From Octopus vulgaris (Eukaryota), in NCBI GenBank assembly GCA_951406725.2, contig OX597839.1:10788001-10852000 (forward strand): a DNA stretch of 64,000 nucleotides. The letters are read 5' to 3'. This document shows, piece after piece, positions 54,477 to 64,000 of the stretch. The translations under genes were made by a program, and so were the position numbers. The notes beneath the pieces were generated by a model that saw only the letters and a program-made list of their open reading frames with translations, was not told the origin of the DNA and did no database searches. The stretch's first letter is position 1, and each line of letters begins with the position of its first letter.

Positions 54477-55100
54477 TATGTATGTATGTATATATGTGTG
54501 TGTGTGTGTGTATATATATATATAAAATGTATGCGCACATATATATATATGTGTCCATCCAAAGACACGTATACATATTCATACTGACACACATGCCATA
54601 AACACACACACAAACACACTCGCCAATACACCATCATTTGGCCTAGTAAATGAAAATGTATATGTGTGTGAATGTCTGTGTCTGTGTGTGTATGTACATG
54701 CATATATGTATATACATATCTAGACACATAGCTATACTTATACATATATATATATATATATGCTAATATATATATAAGCGAATATATGTGTGTGTGTATA
54801 TATATATATAAGCGAATATATATATATGCAAGTATGCATTTATATATATATACATACATATATATATAGATATTTGTATGTATGTACATATATATATATA
54901 CATACATAGATATATATATATTTACACACACATATATACTTGTGTATGTGTGTGTGTGCTTGTGCGTATATTTGTGTGTGTGTGAGCATGCATGCCTATT
55001 TGCTTAGATGTAAATACATACCAACGTATGCATGCATATATTCACACGTATATAGTATATATATATATATATATATAGATAGATAGATAGATAGATAGAT
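53490..55100. repeat. Compound (TA)n/(TG)n microsatellites
   Basis: Directly visible. Confidence 0.9.
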
Positions 55101-55339
55101 AATGGAATATCAAAATACATCCAGACGGAAACACATAAAACTAACCAGCTATAATTGCAACTAAATCAACTCTGACATGAAAAAGGATAATGAGACTGAA
55201 AAAACGGTCGAGACAGCAACTGGTCATGTGATGGTGTGGAGTTCATTCCAGACTTGTGTTAGTCATCATTCAGCTAATGTGTACATATGAGTGTATGTGT
55301 ATGTGTTTACATGTACATATGTATATATGTGTATGTGTA

Positions 55340-55748
55340 TAGGCACAGGAGTGGCTGTGTGGTAAGTAGCTTGCTAACCAACCACATGGTTCCGGGTTCA
55401 GTTCCACTACGTGGCATCTTGGGCAAGTGTCTTCTGCTATAGCCCCGGGCCGACCAATGCCTTGCAAGTGGATTTGGTAGACGGAAACTGAAACAAGCCT
55501 GTCGTATATATGTATATATATATATGTATGTGTGTGTGTTTGTGTGTCAGTGTTTGTCCCCCTAGCATTGCTTGACAACCGATGCTGGTGTGTTTACGTT
55601 CGATCAAAAAGAGACCGATAGAATAAGTACTGGGCTTACAAAGAATAAGTCCCGGGGTCGATTTGCTCGACTAAAGGCAGTGCTCCAGCATGGCCGCAGT
55701 CAAATGACTGAAACAAGTAAAAGAGTAAAAGAGTAAAGAGTAAGAGTA
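55340..55748 (+). mobile_element. SINE-B
   Basis: Family consensus. Confidence 0.9.
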
Positions 55749-56169
55749 TCTAATATCATCTTACAGCATGCTTCCTAAAGCTTCTCTGCAGGTATCGGCT
55801 ACCAAATGCTATCATATTGTGGTATTCTCCTTGCACTGGATATATATGTAGAAATCCGTTAGTTCAGGCAGGATTCATACAAAATAAATGATAGATTGAG
55901 CAGGCTTGAATGTAAATCACTGCAATTGTTTCTGTGCCTTAGCATCAGCTGTTAATTGCTGAGATTTTCAGAAGTTATTCACACTGGTTTGATATTTTGG
56001 TACCAGGCCAGTAATTTCGTAGAAGGGTGGTAACTCAAGTACGTCGAAAGGATGAAAGCAAGTTGGTTGGTTTTTTTTTTATTAAGTTCCTAGCTTATCC
56101 CTATTGTCAGTGTGTCACAAGGCCAAGTGCAGCACTTATTGTTATAAACGTGAATTTACAATCTGGATA

Positions 56170-56371
56170 CTCTTTACTCTTACTTGTTTCAGTCATTTGA
56201 CTGTGGCCATGCTGGAGCACCGCCTTTAGTTGATTGCATAAATCGACCCCAGGACATATTCTTTGTAAGCCTAGTACTTATTCTATTGATCTCTTTTGCC
56301 AAACCGCTAAGTTACGGGCACGTAAACACACCAGCATTGGTTGTCAAGCGATGTTGGGTGGGGACACACAA

Positions 56372-56408
<37 letters not shown>

Positions 56409-56615
56409 CACACACATACACACACACACACACATATATATATGCATATATACGACAGGCTTCTTTCAGTTTCCGTCTACCAAATCCACTCACAAGGCTT
56501 TGGTCGGCCCAAGCCTATAGTAGAAGACACTTGCTCAAGGTGCCACGCAGTGGGACTGAACCCGGAACCATGTGGTTGGTAAGAAAGCTACTTACCACAC
56601 AGCCACTCCTACGCC
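56170..56615 (-). mobile_element. SINE-B
   Basis: Family consensus, reverse strand. Confidence 0.9.
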
Positions 56616-56624
56616 TATATAGAA

Positions 56625-57235
56625 GTTAGATATAAAAGCTGGAGGCTTCAAAGCAGTTTCCCGTTGTTACACCTTCTTCTCTTTGATTTTCGAAAAGATA
56701 TTCACATCAACAGGACAACTGACCTCTACGACAGTAAATACTTTTTTTTTGTTCGTCCTAAATAACAATATCCGGCCTGTTATGCTTGCATTTCACAGAA
56801 GTTTTGATGGGAAAGATTCACCGGTATTCCTTGTGTTGATGCTTATGTATGTATTCCATAACAGAGGGGCTCTCTGTATTTACTCCAGAACAGTCTTTTT
56901 GCCAAATGACATTGTATATTGTTTTGCGACAACGTCACGCCACAAAGGGAGGAAGTACATTGATGACATTTTGGTGTGGCTGCTGATCACGTGTGATGTC
57001 TTCCACACGAGTATGACATAGTCTACAGTTGCACCTTGGGACTCCAAGGACTTCACTATCTCTTTTGCTCATTAGATATTTCGTAACATTCTCCTGTCCT
57101 TGGATTGCAAATGCTTGGCCTTCGAAGTATGATATGATGTAGAAATCAGGAGTCCAAGTTAGTCTTTGCTTCATGTTGAAGTTACTGTCTCCAAGTCTCC
57201 AGGAAACATACCCAAGAATAATCTCCTTTTTGGTG
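56625..57235 (-). pseudogene. R4/Dong-type LINE C-terminus (zinc knuckle plus restriction-like endonuclease), decayed
   Basis: Minus strand FEGQAFAIQGQENVTKYL..CRLCHTRVEDIT and KCKHNRPDIVI*DEQKK/VFTVVEVSCPVDVN (PD..E motif). Confidence 0.85.
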
Positions 57236-58319
57236 GGGAGTGGAATTAGAACCGTGTTTTGTGGTCTGCTACCACAACAGCTCCTTTATAAGGATCCAGT
57301 TAGCACAAGACATCATGAGGAGGAACCACATCCGGTTTCGGCCCCTACTCCTCTACCGTTTTGAAGTGGCAGCGCCCCCCCCCCTTTCGGAGTTGTCTTC
57401 AGCTCTGGTGTTGGGTGCATATCTTGTATGTTAGTCCAGCTGTTTATCTTGATATGAGATCACCATGTCGCACGCACATGGTTGTGATGCATGTGCCTAG
57501 TGTACCCTTATCAGACGGGTGATCATGATGGGTATACTGGGCTTCGTATATTTTACCCCAGTTTCACTTTGATGGCATGCACTGCTCTCTCACTCAATAA
57601 TAATAATAATAATAAAAATAATAATAATAAGAAGAAGAAGAAGAAGAAGAAGAGGAATCCTTTCTATTATAGGCTCAAGGCCTGAATTTTGTGGGGAGTG
57701 AACTAGTCTATTACATCGACCCCACTGGTATTTAATTTAATAATAATAATAATAATAGTGCCTAGTGTACCCTTATCAGACAGGTAGTCATGATGGGTAT
57801 ACTGGGCTTCGTATATTTTACCCCAGTGTCACTTTGATGGCATGCACTGCTCTCTCACTCAATAATAATAATAATAACAATAATAATATCAATAATAATA
57901 ATAATGATAATAATAATAATAATAATGATAATAGCAATAATAATAATGATGATAATGATTTCGTTATTTGCATTAGCTACAACGATAAAAATCTATAAAA
58001 AAAACAACAACAAGAACAGGGAGTGGGCACATTCCTCTATGTGTGTGTGTGCGTGTGTGCGTACCAACATACGTGGATTTATTGATATTCCTTCGGACTA
58101 CTTGCCTCATTGATTATTGAACTGGTACATCATGTGTATAATTCTGTATGCAAGCGTGAGTGTGTGTATGTGTGTGTAGAGAGAGAGAGAGAGTGTGATA
58201 GAAATATATATGTGCATATATATATACATATATATATACACACACACACATATATATATATGTATATGTGTTTGTATGTATATATATATATATATAAACA
58301 CACACATATATGTAAATAA

Positions 58320-58369
<50 letters not shown>

Positions 58370-58445
58370 ATATATTTGTAAATGTCGAACGATGAAAATG
58401 AGTGCTCAACACGTGCATTGGTGGATATAATTTCACAAATAAAGA

Positions 58446-58476
<31 letters not shown>

Positions 58477-59734
58477 CACATACATACATATATATATATG
58501 CAAATACATATATGTGTATATATTTATACATATATATATATATATATGCACATATACATATTTATGTATATATGTTTGTGTGCGTGCATGTGTGTGTTTG
58601 TGTGTATTATACACACACACACACATATATAAATACAGAAACGTATATACCTATGTTTAATATGTGTGTGTACATATGTGTGTACGTGTGTGTGTGTGTG
58701 TTTATGTTTGTATATTATCTTGCATGTGTATCAATGCACAATAATCCGCAGTATTGTGTGTGTGTGTGGTATGACATGTGTGTGTGTGCGTGTGTCAGTT
58801 GATGCAAAAAATAATCGTGATGTTTTGTTCGTTATTTTTGTTGGCTTTTTTTCTTGTTATTCTTACCCATCATCTTTACAGTAAATTTATCGGCAGGAAC
58901 CAATAGAATTCTCTCGAGTTTGCGAACAAGAAAGAAATACAGCATAGAATTCTGGAATCCTGCAACAGATGAACATTTCAAAGGCATACAGAGCTTGCGC
59001 TGAGCTGTTGAAGACATATTTGCAGGAATAAGCAAATATTGGGAAAAATATCGGTTTCAAATTTTGGCACAAAGCCAGCAATTTCTTAGCTGATACTTGT
59101 TTTATTGAAACCGAAAGGATGAAAGACGAAGTCGATCTCGATGGAATTTGACCTCAGAGCATGAAGACAGATGAAATGCCGTTAGTCATTTTGCTTGGCG
59201 CGATTCTGCCAGCTCGTCTCTCTAGATAGGTAAAAATATATATATATATTAGTTGGTCAAATAAAGGTCTTTAGAGTGAAATTAGTGTCTTCGCAGTGGA
59301 GGCGCAATGGCCCAGTGGTTAGGGCAGCGGACTCGCGGCCGTAGGATCGCGGATTAGGCCCCTAGACCGGGCATTGTGAGTGCTTATTGAGCGAAAACAC
59401 CCAAAGCTCCACAAGGCTCCACTACGAAATTTCTGGAAACGAGTGTTGAGCAGTTAGTGATGGGATGGTACATGATCCATTAAGGACTAGTGAAGGGAAT
59501 TTTATAACCTCTCCTAGTCCAAGACCATGCTTCATGGTGAAGAACCATACACTTTGCGAGGTGCTGCCGTTGGTGCTTTGGTCGATAGCAGACTTAAACA
59601 GATGAAGGAACGGAACAAAACAGTATGGTTCTAGAGGGACTATACCCTGGTAAGACTGATGCCCACCAATGGGACACATCCCACAGAAAGTAGCATTGAT
59701 GAACGCCCTTAAAACCATTGAGCAGTTAGTATAT

Positions 59735-59990
59735 TCACAGAATCCTTCTCAAGCATCTTTGGTGTAACACATCAAGGTTTCTGTCATTTTCTAGAGTGGC
59801 CTTCGATGTCTCACTAGCATAGAGAACTGTTGGTACAACAATGCTATTATACAGGCGAATTTTTGTGCATAGTCCGACGGCGATGACGAACCAGATAACG
59901 CACATTTTCTGAAATACGGTCGCGGTTTTGCTAATTCCATGCTTGTCATCACTCTCAAAACTGCCATTGTTACTGATGATGCCACTTAAG
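59735..59990 (-). pseudogene. RTE-clade LINE RT C-terminal fragment
   Basis: ISKTATVFQKMCVIW..TKIRLYNSIVVPTVLYASET..LDVLHQRCLRRIL. Confidence 0.85.
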
Positions 59991-60298
59991 GCCATTCAGT
60001 GAAATCATCACAAAACGAAGGTTAAAACATGCAGATCACAAAAGCTGCTGTTGCTAGAACAACACCATTCTAAAACTGTTTTCAAATGAACACCACCCAA
60101 GGGGAAAAGAAAGAAAAGAAGATCGAAAACAACATGGTGCAGATATATATATATAACTAGCATGAAAGAGGTTTGAGAAGAGGCCGGATAACGAACTGGC
60201 AAAACCATGTAACCAATGAAGCATTTTAAAAAGAGCCAACACAAGACCACTTAGCGAAATCATCACAAAACGAAGATTTCAAAAATATATATGTATAT

Positions 60299-60698
60299 AG
60301 GCGCAGGAGTGGCTGTGTGGTAAGTAGCTTGTTTACCAACCACATGGTTTTGGGTTCAGTCCCACTGCGTGGTACCTTGAGCAAGTGTCTTCTACTATAG
60401 CCTCGGGCCGACTAATGCCTTGTGAGTGGATTTGGTAGACGGAAACTGAAAGAAGCCCGTCGTACATATGTATGTAAATATATGCGTGTTAGTGTTTGTG
60501 TGTCTGTGTTTGTCCCCCTAGCATTGCTTGACAACCAATGCTGGTGTGTTTATGTCCCCGTTACTTAGCGGTTCGGCAAAAGAGACCGATAGAATAAGTA
60601 CTGGGCTTACAAAAGAATGAGTCCCGGGGTCGAGTTGCTCGATTAAAGACGGTGCTCCAGCATGGCTGCAGTCAAATGACTGAAACAAGTAAAGAGTA
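60299..60698 (+). mobile_element. SINE-B
   Basis: Family consensus. Confidence 0.9.
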
Positions 60699-60714
60699 TA
60701 TATATTAGCGACAG

Positions 60715-60990
60715 AGGGCACTGGCATTCTGTATATCGCTGGTGGGGAGATGATTCGCTGTCGCCTCAGGCAGCTGAGTGTCCATCATTAACAAGGCCAA
60801 ACAAGGTCGAATTTACGTGATGCGGGGATCTCAGTGCTGAAAATGGCAGGGATTGATTTCCCTGCTAGCGAAGCAAGAATGCATTTTGCACTAAGAAGCC
60901 AATATGGAAGTTTCTCTCGTGGTAAGTACTTCAGTATAGTTTGTTCCAAGAGAACATCCACGTTTAAGTGAGGATAAATAAATATTACCC
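60715..60990 (+). mobile_element. Third copy of the hammerhead-bearing HH-B repeat (decayed core)
   Basis: Aligns by eye to 14332-14600, including the tttctctcgtggta..cagtatagtttg..gtttaagtg tail. Confidence 0.75.
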
Positions 60991-63142
60991 CTCGAAGATT
61001 TAAAACTAGCAGGCTATCAGAACAACACCATTCTATCATGATGAAAGGCAAAGTCGACCTCGGCGGAATTTGAACTCAGAACGTAACGGCAGACGAAATA
61101 CCGCTAAGCATTTTGCCCGGCGTGCTAACGTTTCTGCCACCTCGTCACCAATACCACCACCACCATCACCACTAACAATAACAACAGCATCACTGTTTCC
61201 ATTGCCATCATCACAGCCACCTTCACAACCCCACCATCACCATCACACCGCCCCATCCCAGCTCCGACCCTGACCCCACCACCCACCTGTCGCTGCCGTC
61301 ATCGGATAGGATGGATCAGGCCATCGGGTGAGTCTGTTCCGAAGATCATTCCGCCACCCTCCTTTGGCCGAAGATAAGCAGGCAACCTTTGCTGATATAT
61401 ATCGGATATCAGAACAACACCACTGAGGGGAAAAGACGGAAGAGCTAAACCATAAACTACATAGCGCAGGACATACATAACCGGCATGAGAGAGGCTAAT
61501 ATCATATTGCTGGATGCAGAGAAAACCACATCCAACAGAAACCAGTGATACCAGCTTGCTTCCCAGTGAGCTCAGAAGCTCAGTAGGAAGTGAAACTGAG
61601 GTGAACTGATTTAGCTGTATGCTAGTCGAGAGTGGAGGCATGTGGTTTAGTGGCTACAGTGTTGGACTCTTGATTGTAAGATTGTGGTTTCGACCCCTGG
61701 ACCGGGTGACCGGATGATGCAAATGACTGCTACAAATCATCATCATCGTTTAGCGTCCGTTTTCCGCGCTAGCACGGGTTGAACGGTTCGACTCAGTGTA
61801 CATAAAGGAATGTACATAAAAAAGTGTACATAAAAGAGTGATGTTGTATAATAAGTAGAATATATATAAAAAAGTATATAAGTAAATATAAATATAAGTA
61901 TAGAATACATCTTACAGCTGTTTCGGCCGGAGTGTAGTGGGTGCTTTTTACGTGCCACCTGCACAGGTACCAGGGGGGTCCGGCATCGGCCACGATCGGT
62001 TGGAGCTTTTAACGTGCCACCGGCACGGGAGCCAGCCAAGGTGGAGTTGGCAACAGCCATGTTCGAGCAGAGCTCTTCATCAGAAACATAGGAAAAGGAA
62101 AGATCCAGAGAAGGGAAGACGGAGGAAAAAAAATCGCCAACAGTACACACGCGGTCACATTATATATATATGTATGTATGTGTATGTGTGTGTGTGTGTG
62201 TGTGTGTGGAGGCCGTGGCTTAGTGGTTAGGGTGTTGAACTCATGATCGTAAGGTTATGGTTTCGATTCCTGGACCGGGTGATGCGGTGTGTTCTTGAGC
62301 AAAAACATTTCATTTCTCGTTGTTCCGGTCTACTCAGCTGGCAAAAATGAGTAATCCTGCGATCGACCGGCATCCCGTCCAGCTGGGGAACTTACACACC
62401 AGAGAATCTGGGAAACCAGCCCTTATGAAAGAAGTCTTATATATTACCCTATTTGAAGAAAGAAGTCTTATATATTACCCTATTTGACAGGTCCCTGATT
62501 TCAATGTTTCGTTGATACTCCGAATTGTTTCCGTTTCTTTGTGTTCCATAAGATTGTTCAAAATTACCTTTTTTTTCCCCTTTTTCTTTCTCAGTTCTTA
62601 ATTTGACAGCTAAAATAAACAAGAATAAACTGTGGAAGTAAAACTATTAGCATAAATCAATAGAAGAAAATCTGTGCTTCAAAATGGTATGTTCCTTGAG
62701 CATGGTTAAATAAATGGTAACTCGAAAATAAGCATCAATTTTTAAAATGAAAAAAAAAAACTGCAATCATTTTTACGCCACCTTAATTTAGCATCAACCT
62801 AAGACGTATACTTGTTAAGAGTGTGTGTGTATAGTAGTATGTGTGTATGTTTGTGCGTGTACATGTGCATCTGTATGTAAGTATGTATGTATATACACAT
62901 ATACACATACACATACATTTATATTTATATACATATATACATATCTGTATTTATAGATGGACAGACAGACAGATATATGCATACATACATGCATACATTC
63001 ATGCATGCATACATACATATAATCATATATACACATTAGAAAATGTTAAGACAAAACAATAAACGTTTATGTGAACTTCATTAGCTTACAGCTGTTTCCG
63101 TTATAAGATGAAGTGGACTCACAACTGAGTACATGAGTAACA

Positions 63143-63311
63143 CAGGAGTGGCTGTGTGGTAAGAAGCTTGCTTACCAACCACATGGTTCCGGGTTCAGTC
63201 CCACTGCGTGGCACCTTGGGCAAGTGTCTTCTACTATAGCCTCAGGCCAACCATAGCCTAGTGAGTGAATTTGGTAGACGGAAACTGAAAGAAGCCTGTC
63301 GTATATGTATG

Positions 63312-63400
<89 letters not shown>

Positions 63401-63640
63401 CTGTCTGTGTATGTGTGTGCGTGTGTTTGTGTGTCTGCGTTTGTCATCCCCGCAACATCGCTTGACAACTGATGTTGGTGTGCTTACATCCCCGTCACTT
63501 AGCGGTTCGGCAAAAGACACCGATAGAATAAGTACTGGGCTTACAAAGAAATAGTCCTGGGGTTGATTTGCTCGATTAAAGGCGGTGCTCCAGCATGGCC
63601 ACAGTCAAATGACTGAAACAAGTAAAAGAGAGTAAAAGAG
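63143..63640 (+). mobile_element. SINE-B with an expanded internal (CTAT)n(TA)n(TG)n
   Basis: Family consensus. Confidence 0.9.
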
Positions 63641-64000
63641 ATTAAGTGCAATTTATTTGAGAAAAACATTTGCACAATGAAAGCATTACCAAAGAGAAAG
63701 TATATATGCGGGGGCGATGAAAATCAGGGGCTTCTCCCATTATTGAAATGAGAGTAATTCTAACGTGTGTGTACAGGTATAGAGGAAGAGTAAATAGAGC
63801 TATCCTAAATGTGTGTGTGTGCATGTGTGTGCGCGTGTGTATACTGCGTTAAATGAAACACTAATGAATAAAAAATCTGTAAATAATAATAATTATTATT
63901 TGCTTAAAACTTATAAGCCTACTAATACCCAGTTATTTTTCTGTCAAGGGCTTATACGCGCCAATATTAGACTCTTTTCTTTAGCCTATACACAATGAAC

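Overview
This is AT-rich, repeat-saturated eukaryotic DNA with no intact host gene. The SINE families and the extreme microsatellite load look like a coleoid cephalopod, most likely Octopus; this is pattern recognition, not a database result. Bases 1-19.8 kb are a layered 52-bp satellite domain: a forward array, then an inverted array holding a homogeneous ~51-copy 103-bp dimeric higher-order repeat, then an old forward array. The rest is a mosaic of three tRNA-derived SINE families, decayed LINEs (CR1, RTE, R4/Dong, L1/Tx1-like), Penelope-like fragments, mariner/pogo derivatives and microsatellites. Nearly all ORFs in the track are microsatellite or SINE artefacts. The main hidden signal is about 10 type I hammerhead-ribozyme motifs from at least five short repeat families. 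Two are retrozyme-like: an extended GUC hammerhead in a structured GC-rich island at 39.3 kb, and a ~357-nt tandem monomer at 14 kb. A second signal is a LINE 3' end with an 11-bp TSD, an empty-site paralogue in the window, and a 3' tail shared with the abundant SINE-A family.
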